Assembly: GCA_963823665.1 (NCBI GenBank)
Contig: CAWGMQ010000006.1
Span: forward strand, 544,001-608,000
Origin: an uncultured Planctomycetota bacterium
GTDB taxonomy: Bacteria; Planctomycetota; Planctomycetia; Isosphaerales; Isosphaeraceae
Reading direction: 5' to 3'
Length of the DNA stretch: 64,000 bases
Shown here: one piece after another, positions 43,840 to 54,258 of the stretch
Layout: each line of letters starts with the position of its first letter
How positions within the stretch are numbered: the stretch's first letter is position 1
Translations under genes and position numbers: made by a program
The notes under the pieces: generated by a model
Database searches by the model: none
What the model saw: only the letters and a program-made list of their open reading frames with translations
What the model was told of the DNA's origin: nothing

Positions 43840-45791
43840 TCACCCCAGATGTTGCGTCGGGATCTCCGCGGTACTACGGTGTCGCAGGCCTTCATTCTGC
43901 CACCCGGCCCCGACCGGCACCAGGCGTGACGACTCCTCGTCCGCGGCTTCCTGGCTGGTCTGCGCATCCGGCCCAGGCGGCGGTCGAACGACCGAAGCGC
44001 CAGCCAGTACATCGCGCCGGCGGCGGCCCAGGCCAGCAGGCACCAGGCGGACATGATGACCCAGAACTGCCAGCGGCGAGCGTCGGCGCTATCCAGCGCC
44101 TGGATGGTCGTGATCGGCGCGGCCACGGGGCTGAAGGCCAGGATGCCCATCTCGATCCAGATCAGGTCGCTGGCGTCGATGTTGTACTGCGCCGTGAGCC
44201 AGATGGTCAGTGCCGGCAGGATCACAATTCCCGCCAGGAAGAGCCAGCCGAAGGAGAGCAGCAGGAAGACGGCCAGGCTGGTTCCGATGGCGCGGCCGAC
44301 CCGGGGCGTCCAGGTCGCCAGCAGCAGCCCCAGGCTGGTGAACGCTGCGCCCCAGGAGAGTATCTCCGCGACGATCAGCACGGGGGCGAGCACGCGATCG
44401 GCCAGGCCGATTGGCCCGATCGGGGTGCCGGCCAAGCCCGCGCGTAGGCGCAATGGGACGTCGGGGGATGTGGCGGCGATCACCGCCGCGGCGATGCCGG
44501 GCAGGACCACGAGCCAGAGCACCACCCGGTATGTGCCCATCCACTTGCCCCAGACGATCGCCCGCGTCGAGATCGGTGCGGCCATCAGCACGTCGAGACT
44601 GCCACGGGTGCGCTCTTCGCCCAAGGCCGTCGGCGCCTGGACGCTCACCAGCATCAGACCGAACACCGATTGCAGGATGACCGCGGTGTGGATCATGAAG
44701 CCGCCGGTCATGGTCCCGATTCCGTGGACGAACACGTCGTGGATTCCGATTCCCGTCACGAGAACGCCGCTGATCCACAAGAGGCTCCAGAGGATCCGCG
44801 CCATCCGGGACGGCTTGGATCGGTGCCATTCGCGCCAGAGCACGGGGTTGCCGTCGAGCGACGGGCCGGGGAGCCGCTCCATCCATCGCCGGATCGCCGC
44901 CATCCTCGCGCCGAGCCACGGCAGCCCCAGCCGCGGGATCCGGAGGTTCCACCCGCGACGGCTGACCTCACCCGGCAGCACGAACCGCCGCAGGCGGGCG
45001 ATCGTCCCCGCCAGCATCGCGGCCGAGATCGCCAGCGACGCGGCGACGAAGAGCCCGACTGCAAGCAGGCCGAAATGGCCCGGCCAGGAATAGGGTGCAA
45101 AGACCAGCACATACGGATTGGTCGCGAAGAACCAGTCCGGCGGCGGGGGCAGCCTATACGCACGCGCGAGCCCGCCCCAGAGCGGGAGGCTCAAGAGCCA
45201 GAACGCCACCAGCGCCAGCACCGCCATGACAACCTCATGCGTCTTGGCGACCTCGACCGAGATCGACATCGCCAGCGAGCATCCCAGCACCGCGACTGCC
45301 GCCGAGACGGCGAATAGCCCCACGACCGCCTCGCCGTCGATGCCGCCCAGAAGCGCCGCCAGCGAGACCACCGGCAGGGCGCAAGCGAGAAGAGCCAGGA
45401 TCGGCGCCAGCCGCGAAAACAGCTTACCCAGCACGATTTCGGAGTCGGAGAGATCCGTGGTCGCCATCTGCGCCAGGACTCCCCGGGCGCGGTCCTGGCA
45501 GATCGCCCCGGCGGTCGCCGCCGGGGCCACCAGGAGCACGATCGAGAGCTGGATGCCCGTGATCGCGTAGAAGAACGACACCCCGGCTCTCGCCATCGTC
45601 TCGATCGCGCCCGGCTGGGTCCCGAACGGCTGCCCGAACCCAGGACCGTTGACATTGTTCCACCACGCGATCCAAAGGCCCACCAGGATGGCCAGAACGA
45701 AGAGCATCCGGCCTGCGTAGAACCCCCGCCGTCGCGCGAGAATCAGCGACTCGTACACGAACACCGGCCCCGGCCCGATCCGGCTCGACAT
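43840..45791 (-). CDS. ABC-2-type transporter permease with two homologous halves (planctomycete type); frameshift near 43961
   Basis: GPGPVFVYE, APAATAGAIC.DRARG.L, IVLGKL, NPVLWREW, EERTRGSLDVL; the duplicated 3' end at 33157-33281 shows that the true C-terminus runs in the frame ending at 43840. Confidence 0.85.
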
Positions 45792-45830
45792 CGCGCGGCC
45801 CCCCCGTGCAGTGTACCGATCCGAGAAGCA

Positions 45831-46147
45831 TCATCCGGCAATCAGTCGAGCACGCGTCTGCTCGGCCTCTTCGACGGGCGTCACGCCGAAGAGCCGCTTG
45901 AACTCGCGGCTGAACTGCGACGGGCTCTCGTAGCCGACCGCCCTCGCCGCGGTGCTCGCGTTGTGGCCGTCGTGCGCCATCAGCCGCCTCGCCTGGTCGA
46001 GCCGGATTGGGCCGGGGCCCGCGGCACTGACTTCGAGACGCGGCTCACCTCCACGCCTTCGACGAGCGTCCGATGCGTTCCCTCGTGAATCGCCACCTCG
46101 CCAAGTAGGCTGGCGAGCCGCTTGCGATTGTCGCTCTGGCCCTTCAT
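45831..46147 (-). pseudogene. AraC-family (YqhC-like) regulator with a large out-of-frame internal deletion
   Basis: GGAGGT RBS and the N-terminus [30 protein letters not shown] are joined near 46010 to the C-terminal [35 protein letters not shown]. Confidence 0.85.
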
Positions 46148-46337
46148 TTGTACCTCCGGTCTTGCTCGGGCTACTAGAGGATCAGGATACGATATTCCCG
46201 GGTTCAGTGGGTAGTTTTCCTGGCTCGCAAGAGGATCAGGCAAACCTTTTGGAGGAACGGTTCTTTCCGAATCCTGGCCGCGCGCCTCTAATTAACCTCG
46301 GAGAGCGGGACGCGAGAGCATCCCGAGCGAAGGGTGA

Positions 46338-46748
<411 letters not shown>

Positions 46749-46767
46749 AACTGCGAAGGAGGACACG

Positions 46768-47163
46768 ATGGAAATCACGCGAATAGGGTCGCAGGCGTCT
46801 GCCAAAGGACCGGCCGATTGGTTCACCGGTGCGGTCCGCATCGACCGGCTGTTTCAGCCACACGCGCCGGCACGGGCGGCCGGTGCCAGCGTCACGTTCG
46901 AGCCCGGGGCCCGGACGGCATGGCACACCCATCCGCTCGGGCAGACGCTGATCATCACGGCCGGCTGCGGCTGGGTGCAACGGGAGGGCGGGCCGGTCGA
47001 GGAGGTCCATCCCGGCAACGTGGTCTGGTTCTCGCCGGGGGAGAAGCACTGGCACGGCGCGACGGCGACCATGGGTATGACGCACATCGCGATCCAGGAG
47101 CAGCTTGACGGCAAAGTGGTCGATTGGCTGGAGCACGTGAGCGACGAGCAGTATCGTAAGTAG
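46768..47163 (+). CDS. Cupin-domain protein
   Basis: [54 protein letters not shown]. Confidence 0.93.
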   Translation: MEITRIGSQASAKGPADWFTGAVRIDRLFQPHAPARAAGASVTFEPGARTAWHTHPLGQTLIITAGCGWVQREGGPVEEVHPGNVVWFSPGEKHWHGATATMGMTHIAIQEQLDGKVVDWLEHVSDEQYRK

Positions 47164-47291
47164 CCAAACGATGCGCGAACCGATCCGTGGTCGGGCCGGA
47201 TTTTTTGCGCGCCCGCGCTCATTTCCGGCGGGATCGATGCACTAATCTCATGCCGTGAGTGAACTCCTCGGTTCTCCGGAGAGGTCCCATC

Positions 47292-47825
47292 GTGCAACGT
47301 TCCGATGCGGAGCTCGTCGCGGCCGCCCTCCGGGGAGACCAGGCGAGTTTCGGCTTGCTGTACGAGCGCCACTATCGCCTGGCGGTCGGGGTCGCGCGCG
47401 GCCGGCTCTCAGACATCCACCTGGCGGAAGACGCTGCGCAGGAGGCGTTCGTGATCGCTCACCGCACACTGGCGACTCTCCGTGATCCCCGCCGGTTTCC
47501 CGAGTGGCTGGGGACGATCTGCCGGCGGACAGCCTCTCGTCTGGACACCTGCCGGATCCTCCACGAGCCGTTGCCCGACGCGCCGGAGTTTGCCGGTGAT
47601 CCCGACCTGGCGGCGCTGCGACTTCAAGTGCAGGAAGCGCTCCAGCTTCTGGACGAGGCCTCGCGCGAGATCGTCGTACTCCATTACTTCAGCGGGCTCT
47701 CGTACAAGGAGATCGGCCGGGCGCTGGGCCTCTCGGTCCAGAGCGTCCACGGGCGGCTGCAACGGGCGCGAAGCAGACTTTCCGGGCTCCTCGGTTCACG
47801 CGATTCAACAGGGACCAGGTCATGA
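47292..47825 (+). CDS. ECF RNA polymerase sigma factor
   Basis: SDAELV, AEDAAQEAF, F.WL..I, REIVVLHYFSGLSYKEI, V.GRLQRAR. Confidence 0.92.
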   Translation: MQRSDAELVAAALRGDQASFGLLYERHYRLAVGVARGRLSDIHLAEDAAQEAFVIAHRTLATLRDPRRFPEWLGTICRRTASRLDTCRILHEPLPDAPEFAGDPDLAALRLQVQEALQLLDEASREIVVLHYFSGLSYKEIGRALGLSVQSVHGRLQRARSRLSGLLGSRDSTGTRS

Positions 47826-49162
47826 ACCCTCCGCTTCCGGACGAGAGCTGGGAGGATCGTCTCCGGGCGGGCCTGGGCGAATGTCCCTCGCCCGACTTCA
47901 AAGGCTGGTGCGCCCGCAATGGCGACGCCCTCTCGGCCCCCGAGCCGTCACCCTCCCGTCGATCGATCCCTCACTGGAGAATACTCATGAATCGTTCAAG
48001 CTGGATTGCCGCATCGCTTCTGCTGGTGTTGGGGCTCTTCTGGGTCTACCCCTGGGGGAGCCTCGGCCGCGGCGCCTTCGCCGAGACCATCCCCGGGGTC
48101 GACAGCCCCGGAACCATCACGTGGACCACCACCTACTACTCGCGCGTGACGAGCGCCGACAAAAAGAGGACCTGGCTCCACGAGGAACGTCGATTCCACG
48201 CCTATCGACACCCTGGCCAGTACCGCGAGACCTTTCTGGACAAGACGGGCAAGCCAAAGCGCATCGAGATCACCGACGCGCGGGTGGCACGGATGCTCGT
48301 GCTGGATCCGAAGGAGAAGAAGGCCGTCCTGAAAACGCCTCAAGGCTATCCCGACGTTCGGGGGCCGTTCGCCTGGGTCGGCGAGGCGCTCCGCGATCGC
48401 GTGGTTGCCAAGGTGCTGCGCGTGAAGTCCCTCTCGCTTGAGGGGACCAGGGAGATTGACGGGATCCAGGCCAATGTCGTCCGGGCCATGATCGTTGAGA
48501 ACGAGGATCGAGGTCCGGTACGTCGCGACTTCCTGTTCGACACCAAGTCGAAGCGGCTGGTCGCGATCTATATCACGAATGAGAGCGACTTCGATCCCGA
48601 GACCGCGCCGGAGCGGAAGCAGGCCGCCGAGGAAAAGACTTCGATTTTGCGGCCCGTCGCAGGCTTGGAGCACGAGATCGTCCTGGACCCAAAGCTCGAC
48701 GCGGCAGATTTTCGCCTCGATCCCCCGGCCGGATACGCCTACGAGGCGCAGGCCAAGCCCACAATCACCGAGGAAGAGATGGTCTCTTACCTGGGGGCGG
48801 CCGCGCGGTTCAACGGCGGCGTCTTCCCCGACTCACCGTACGCGGCGTTCGACCAGCCAAAGTTCAATGCAGCCTCCATGAAGCCCGACAATGACCGGAC
48901 GCCCGCCGAACGAGAGCTGGTCGGGCTCCACGACAAGTTCCTCATCCGCGAGGTCTTCACTCCGCCGCTCCGGCGGTTCGTGGAGGACCACACCGAGCCC
49001 GCCTCGTTCCATTACGTCGGCGCGGGGGCCACGGTCGGCCAGGCCAATCGGTTAATCTGCTGGTTCACGACGAAGGGAACGACAAAACACCGGGCCGTGT
49101 TCGCGGACCTCTCGGTTCGCGACGTCGAACGCTCGGAACTCCCGCTCGACCTCGCTCCATGA
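47822..49162 (+). CDS. Putative anti-sigma/membrane-anchored partner of the ECF sigma
   Basis: ATGA overlap with the sigma gene; one TM segment (WIAASLLLVLGLFW) followed by a LolA-like beta-rich region ending FRLDPPAGY. Confidence 0.75.
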   Translation: MNPPLPDESWEDRLRAGLGECPSPDFKGWCARNGDALSAPEPSPSRRSIPHWRILMNRSSWIAASLLLVLGLFWVYPWGSLGRGAFAETIPGVDSPGTITWTTTYYSRVTSADKKRTWLHEERRFHAYRHPGQYRETFLDKTGKPKRIEITDARVARMLVLDPKEKKAVLKTPQGYPDVRGPFAWVGEALRDRVVAKVLRVKSLSLEGTREIDGIQANVVRAMIVENEDRGPVRRDFLFDTKSKRLVAIYITNESDFDPETAPERKQAAEEKTSILRPVAGLEHEIVLDPKLDAADFRLDPPAGYAYEAQAKPTITEEEMVSYLGAAARFNGGVFPDSPYAAFDQPKFNAASMKPDNDRTPAERELVGLHDKFLIREVFTPPLRRFVEDHTEPASFHYVGAGATVGQANRLICWFTTKGTTKHRAVFADLSVRDVERSELPLDLAP

Positions 49163-49250
49163 TCTCTTCGCGCAGCGGGTTTTCCGTTGAGGGAGCGCGG
49201 GAATCGGACGGAAGGAGTAGTCTTGGCCTCCCAACTTCGTTGAGCGGCTT

Positions 49251-49481
49251 CTATATGGGGCCGCCAGGATCGATCGCCCACAAAGCCCGCATTGCGGCTT
49301 CCTGGCGTTCTTCCTCCCTGAGCTTACGAGCCAATGCCCGTTGCCGCTCAGCCGCCTCGATCGCTTCCACCTCGGCTGGTGTGAAGAGCAACTCAGCGGG
49401 CAATTGTGCCCCGCAGAAGCTGCACAGCTTGTTCCTCCGGCTGAGGATCGAACGGCTGCAAGCGGGGCATTGATAAGCCAT
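49251..49481 (-). CDS. Small zinc-ribbon protein (76 aa)
   Basis: CPAC..x12..CSFC followed by a charged helix; GAGG upstream of the ATG. Confidence 0.7.
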   Translation of the reverse strand: MAYQCPACSRSILSRRNKLCSFCGAQLPAELLFTPAEVEAIEAAERQRALARKLREEERQEAAMRALWAIDPGGPI

Positions 49482-49821
49482 CTGGGCCTCGAGGGTGAGG
49501 GTCGAACCAAGATCAATCGCCCCTCTCCCTCCCAATCTAACCTATTTCGGAAGACAATTCCGCTTTGGTTCCCTCGTGCTCCCAGAAGATCGGCTCCGTC
49601 CGGGTGAGCGGCCTTCCAAGGACGGCAACCGGGGCTTCGGAAGATATGACCGACGCGCGCATCGCTCCTGCCCTACGCCTCCGGCGCACGATCCCAGAGC
49701 GGAACACAGTGCCGGTGTTGAAATCGATCCGTGAGGCCCAGGATCAATCATTCGGAATCCGTGATACACTGTACCCCCTGCACAGGGCATTGACAGTGCA
49801 GCCCAATCCAGGAGGTCCGCA

Positions 49822-52800
49822 GTGGCCATCGACGCCGCGCGAGCACACTCCCTGTTCCTGGCCGCGTCGGACCTGTCCGATCCGGCGGAGCGCGCCACCT
49901 TCCTCGACCGTGAGTGTGGCGATGACGCCGAGCTCCGAGAGCGGATCGAGGCGTTGCTCCGGGCCAACGACGCCTCGCCACGACCACCCCCTGGAACAGA
50001 CGATGCGACGGTCGACTCCCACGCGGGGCGACCACGGTCGGAAGCAACCGGCGTGCCGATGCCGATCCCTGGGGCGTACGTCTCGCCGCCCTCCATCACG
50101 GCCGATTATCGATCCGACGCCGAGCCGAACGTCCTCATCGCGGGTCGCTTTACGCTCCAAGAAAAAATCGGTGAAGGAGGCATGGGCGAGGTTTGGGTCG
50201 CCAAGCAGTCTGAGCCGGTCAAACGCAAAGTCGCGCTCAAACTCATCAAGACCGGCATGGATTCTCGGGCCGTGCTTCAGCGCTTCGAGCAAGAACGCCA
50301 GGCCCTGGCGATCCTGGATCACCCCAACATCGCCAAGGTCCTCGACGCGGGCCTGACGCCGAGCGGCCAGCCGTTCTTCGCGATGGAGCTGGTCAACGGG
50401 TTGCCGCTTACCAAGTTTTGCGACGCAGCCCGGCTTCCCACAAAAGAGCGCCTCGAGCTTTTCGTCACCATCTGCCAGGCGGTGCAGCATGCGCATCACA
50501 AAGGCATCGTTCACCGCGACCTCAAACCGGCCAACATCCTGATCACGACGATCGATGCCAAACCGGTGCCCAAAATCATCGATTTTGGCGTGGCCAAGGC
50601 GATGGCGGGCAAGCTGACCGACGAATCGCTGTCGACACAATTCGGAGCCATCGTCGGCACGCTGGAATACATGGCGCCGGAGCAAGCCGCGTTCTCCGCT
50701 GAAGACATCGACACGCGAGCTGACATCTATTCCCTCGGCGTCATCCTCTACGAGCTGCTGACCGGCCTCCGTCCCTTCGACGCCAAGCGCCTGCGAGAGG
50801 CGGCTCTCACGGAGATGATCCGGATCATCCGGGAGGAGGACCCTTCGAAACCGAGCACCCGGCTCTCGACGAACGAAGCGCTTTCCTCCATGGCGGCGTT
50901 GCGTCAAGTCGAGCCGCGCAAGCTGATGGCGATCTTGCGCGGCGAGCTCGACTGGGTGGTGATGAAGTGCCTGGAAAAGCATCGCGAGCGTCGCTACGAA
51001 ACGGCCAACGGCCTGGCTCGCGACATTCAGCGTTATCTGGCTGATGAGCCGGTGGAAGCACGGCCGCCGAGCCCGGGATATCGCTTGCACAAATTCGTGA
51101 CCCGCAACAAGGGACAGGTCATCGCGGTGAGTTTGCTTTTCCTCGCATTGCTCGCTGGGATCACGGGGACCACGTTTGGCCTGTTTCGCGCCGAGGCTGC
51201 CAAGCGGGCCGAAGCCGGGCAGCGGGCTCAGGCGGTGCTGGAACGAGACAAGGCGATCGAGGCGGAGCGGCAAACCGGCATCGAGCGCGACAAAGCGATT
51301 GAAGCCGAGCGGCAAACCGGCATCGAGCGCGACAAAGCGATTGCAGCCGAGCGGCAAACCGGCATCGAGCGTGACAAGGCGATCGCGGCCGATGCGAAGT
51401 CCAAGGCGATCAATGAGTTCCTGACCGAGGACCTACTGACCCAGGCCGAGCCGGCGAACAACGCCGTGGAGGACCACGTCACGCTCCTGGAAGTCCTCGA
51501 CCGCGCGGCGGAGAAGGTGGGAACGCGGTTCGAGAGCCAGCCGGAGCTCGAAAGAGCCGTCCGCTTGACGATCGCGAGCGCTTATCACAGTCTGGCCTCG
51601 TGGGAAAAGGCCGAAACGCAAGCTCGGGTTTTGTTCGATTCGGCGCGGAAACACGACCCACACTCGGCTCAGACCTATAAATTTCAGGGGAACCTTGCCT
51701 ACGTCTTTCTCCAGCGCGGCCGACGAGACGCGGAGCTGCTGAAGATGGCGGAAGCAGCCGCCAAGGGGCTCGAGCGCACTCAGGGCCCCGACCACCCCGA
51801 CACGCTCTATAGCCTGAGCCACCTCGCCATGGCGTATGAGGATGCCGGCCAGCTCAACCTGGCCCTGCCGCTCTTCGAGCAGACGCTGAAGCTCCAGAGA
51901 GCCAAGGTCGGCCCCGAGCATCCCCAAACGCTCTCCACCATGAACAACCTCGCCTCGGCATATGCGGCTGCCGGCAAGCCGGACCTGGCACTGCCTCTGT
52001 TCAAGCAGACGCTCGAGCTCACGAAAGCCAAGTTCGGCCCCGACCATCCGCACACGCTCACGAGCGTGAACAACCTCGCCCATGCCTACACGCCTGCCGG
52101 GAAGCTCGACCTGGCGCTGCCGATGTTGAAGGAAACGGTCAAGCGCGCGAAAGCTAAACTTGGGCCCGAACATGATGCCACTCTCGCCACCATGAGCAAC
52201 CTCGCGTCGGCTAACCAGGCTGCCGGGAATCTGGACCTGGCCCTGCCGCTCTTCGAGGAGACGCTGAAGCTCATGACGGCCAAACTCGGCCCAGAACATC
52301 CCGCCACGCTCACCAGCATGAACAGTCTCGCAGGCGCCTACCGGGCTGCCGGCGAGGTGAACCAGGCCCAGCAGCTCTTGGAGGAGGCGCTGAAGCTCGT
52401 CAAAGCCAAGCTCGGCCCGGATCATCCCGACACGCTCACGACCATGAACAACCTCGCAGTAACCTACGACGACGCGGGCAAGCTCGACCTGGCTGTGTGG
52501 CTCCAGGAGGAGGCGCTGAAGCTCCAGAAAGCCAAGCTCGGCCCCGAACATCCGGCAACGCTCACCAGCATGAGCAACCTCGCCCTGTCCTACACGGCTT
52601 TCGGCGAGGTCGACCTGGCACTGCCGCTCTTGGAGGAGGCGCTGAAGCTCCAGAAAGCCAAACTCGGCCCCGAACATCCCTCCACGCTCAGCACCATGAA
52701 CAACCTCGCTTTGGCCTATGACTCGGCGGGCAAGCGCGACGCGGCCCTGCAGCTCAAGACGGAGACGCTGGAGCTCCGGAAAGCCAAGCTTGGCCCCGAA

Positions 52801-53946
52801 CATCCCGCCACGCTCATCAGCATGAACAACCTCGCCATGGCTTACCAGGCCGCCGGCAAACGCGACCTGGCCCTGCCGCTCTTCAAGGAGACGCTCGAGC
52901 TGGTCAAAGCCAAGCTGGGCCCCGAACATCCCGACACGCTTACCAGCATGGAGAACCTCGCCGTGGCCTACGCGACGGACGGCGACTTCGGCCTGGCGCT
53001 GCCGCTCCATGAGAAGACGCTGAAGCTCCAGAAAGCCAAGCTCGGCCCCGATCATCCCAACACGCTCAGGAGCATGAACAACCTCGCCTTGGCTTACAAC
53101 AAGACTGCCGGCAAGCTTGACCTGGCCCTGCCACTGTTCGAGGACACGCTGAAGCTCATGACGGCCAAGCTCGGCCCGGCGCATCCCAGCACGATCATTA
53201 CCATGCGCAACCTCGCAGAGGCTTACCAGAAAGCCGGCAAGCTGGACCTGGCCCTGCCGCTACTCGAGGAGGCGCTGAAGCTCCAGAAAGCCAAGCTCGG
53301 CTCCGATCACCCCGACACGATCAGCAGCATGAACAACCTCGCCGTGGACTACTTTAATTCCGGCAACTCCGACCTGGCCCTGCCGCTCTGGGAGGAGGCG
53401 TTCATGCACGCAAAAGCCCCGCTCGGCCGCGAACACCCCGATCTGCTCAAGATCAAGCTCAACCTCGCGGCGGCCTACGACGCAGCCGGCAAGTTCGACC
53501 TGGCCCTGCCTTTCGTGAAAGAGCTGCTGGCCAAGCCTCGAAAGGCGCTTCCCAATGACGCTCAGCAGTTGGCCACGTTCGGCCGATTGCTGATCCGTGC
53601 CAAAGCCTTCGCCGACGCTGAACTGGTCCTCCGCGAGTCTCTCGCGATCCGCGAGAAGTCGCAGCCCGAAGTGTGGAGCACGTTTCACACCAGGTCGCTG
53701 CTCGGCGGAGCGCTGTTGGGCCAGAACAAATACGCCGACGCCGAGCCGTTGCTGCTTGCCGGCTACCAAGGCCTGAAGCAGCGCGAGAAGACGATCCCGG
53801 CAAAGTCGCAGAATCGTCTGACGGAAGCCCTCGAACGCCTTGTCCAGCTCTACGAGGCGACGGGCAAGGCCGACGACACCGCCAAATGGCGCAAGGAACT
53901 GGAGGAGCGCAAGGCGGCCGAGAAGCAACCGGCGAAAAAGCCGTGA
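49822..53946 (+). CDS. Hanks-type Ser/Thr protein kinase with TM segment, coiled coil and 14 TPR repeats
   Basis: IGEGGMGEV, VALK, HRDLKPANIL, DFG, GTLEYMAPEQ, DIYSLG; LGPEHP.TL.SMNNLA repeats; AGGAGG RBS. Confidence 0.95.
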   Translation: MAIDAARAHSLFLAASDLSDPAERATFLDRECGDDAELRERIEALLRANDASPRPPPGTDDATVDSHAGRPRSEATGVPMPIPGAYVSPPSITADYRSDAEPNVLIAGRFTLQEKIGEGGMGEVWVAKQSEPVKRKVALKLIKTGMDSRAVLQRFEQERQALAILDHPNIAKVLDAGLTPSGQPFFAMELVNGLPLTKFCDAARLPTKERLELFVTICQAVQHAHHKGIVHRDLKPANILITTIDAKPVPKIIDFGVAKAMAGKLTDESLSTQFGAIVGTLEYMAPEQAAFSAEDIDTRADIYSLGVILYELLTGLRPFDAKRLREAALTEMIRIIREEDPSKPSTRLSTNEALSSMAALRQVEPRKLMAILRGELDWVVMKCLEKHRERRYETANGLARDIQRYLADEPVEARPPSPGYRLHKFVTRNKGQVIAVSLLFLALLAGITGTTFGLFRAEAAKRAEAGQRAQAVLERDKAIEAERQTGIERDKAIEAERQTGIERDKAIAAERQTGIERDKAIAADAKSKAINEFLTEDLLTQAEPANNAVEDHVTLLEVLDRAAEKVGTRFESQPELERAVRLTIASAYHSLASWEKAETQARVLFDSARKHDPHSAQTYKFQGNLAYVFLQRGRRDAELLKMAEAAAKGLERTQGPDHPDTLYSLSHLAMAYEDAGQLNLALPLFEQTLKLQRAKVGPEHPQTLSTMNNLASAYAAAGKPDLALPLFKQTLELTKAKFGPDHPHTLTSVNNLAHAYTPAGKLDLALPMLKETVKRAKAKLGPEHDATLATMSNLASANQAAGNLDLALPLFEETLKLMTAKLGPEHPATLTSMNSLAGAYRAAGEVNQAQQLLEEALKLVKAKLGPDHPDTLTTMNNLAVTYDDAGKLDLAVWLQEEALKLQKAKLGPEHPATLTSMSNLALSYTAFGEVDLALPLLEEALKLQKAKLGPEHPSTLSTMNNLALAYDSAGKRDAALQLKTETLELRKAKLGPEHPATLISMNNLAMAYQAAGKRDLALPLFKETLELVKAKLGPEHPDTLTSMENLAVAYATDGDFGLALPLHEKTLKLQKAKLGPDHPNTLRSMNNLALAYNKTAGKLDLALPLFEDTLKLMTAKLGPAHPSTIITMRNLAEAYQKAGKLDLALPLLEEALKLQKAKLGSDHPDTISSMNNLAVDYFNSGNSDLALPLWEEAFMHAKAPLGREHPDLLKIKLNLAAAYDAAGKFDLALPFVKELLAKPRKALPNDAQQLATFGRLLIRAKAFADAELVLRESLAIREKSQPEVWSTFHTRSLLGGALLGQNKYADAEPLLLAGYQGLKQREKTIPAKSQNRLTEALERLVQLYEATGKADDTAKWRKELEERKAAEKQPAKKP
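51241..51390 (+). repeat. Coding tandem repeat 3.5 x 42 bp (ERDKAIEAERQTGI)
   Basis: Read directly from the sequence. Confidence 0.9.
51781..53520 (+). repeat. 14 x ~126-bp TPR (kinesin-light-chain-type, 42 aa) repeats
   Basis: G(P/S/R)(E/D/A)H motif counted 14 times. Confidence 0.9.
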
Positions 53947-54139
53947 TCGTAGAAACGGCCCCACTCCCGGCCTTGCCGCGAGCAACGCCGCAATCGATGC
54001 GTCGACGCCCCCCTTGTTGGTCGTTGGCGACCTGGTTCGCCCGCCAGGCAACCAGCGATCGGCCTCCGGCTGCGCACATCCCGCTCACCTGCGCTCGCAT
54101 TTGTCATCCAATCCAGCGAACAGCTCCCGCACACCCCCC

Positions 54140-54258
54140 AAAACGTCGTCATCGTCGTCATCTCCTTACAGGAACTGGACTTACGGATGACGACGTTTTT
54201 GGCAGCGCCGAGATGGTCGACACAAGGCTTTATGAAATATCGACTTGCGGATGACGAC
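54140..54258. repeat. Iteron-like direct and inverted GATGACGAC repeats at the 3' end of the helicase-like gene
   Basis: 14-bp perfect inverted repeat AAAACGTCGTCATC / GATGACGACGTTTT; direct repeat GACTT(A/G)CGGATGACGAC at 54178 and 54242. Confidence 0.65.

Noticed and set aside
41400..43840. Retron (msr-msd + RT) or integron cassette around the ATPase-HNH pair
   Set aside because: No reverse transcriptase or integrase in the window; the hairpins are short and I could not identify attC or msr/msd architecture
43689..43960. Permease C-terminal extension overlapping the ATPase start
   Set aside because: Caused by a 1-nt deletion near 43961; the duplicated relic at 33157-33281 shows the correct frame
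49744..54254. Long antisense ORFs 49744..51357, 51433..53184, 53260..54051
   Set aside because: Antisense shadows of the kinase-TPR gene
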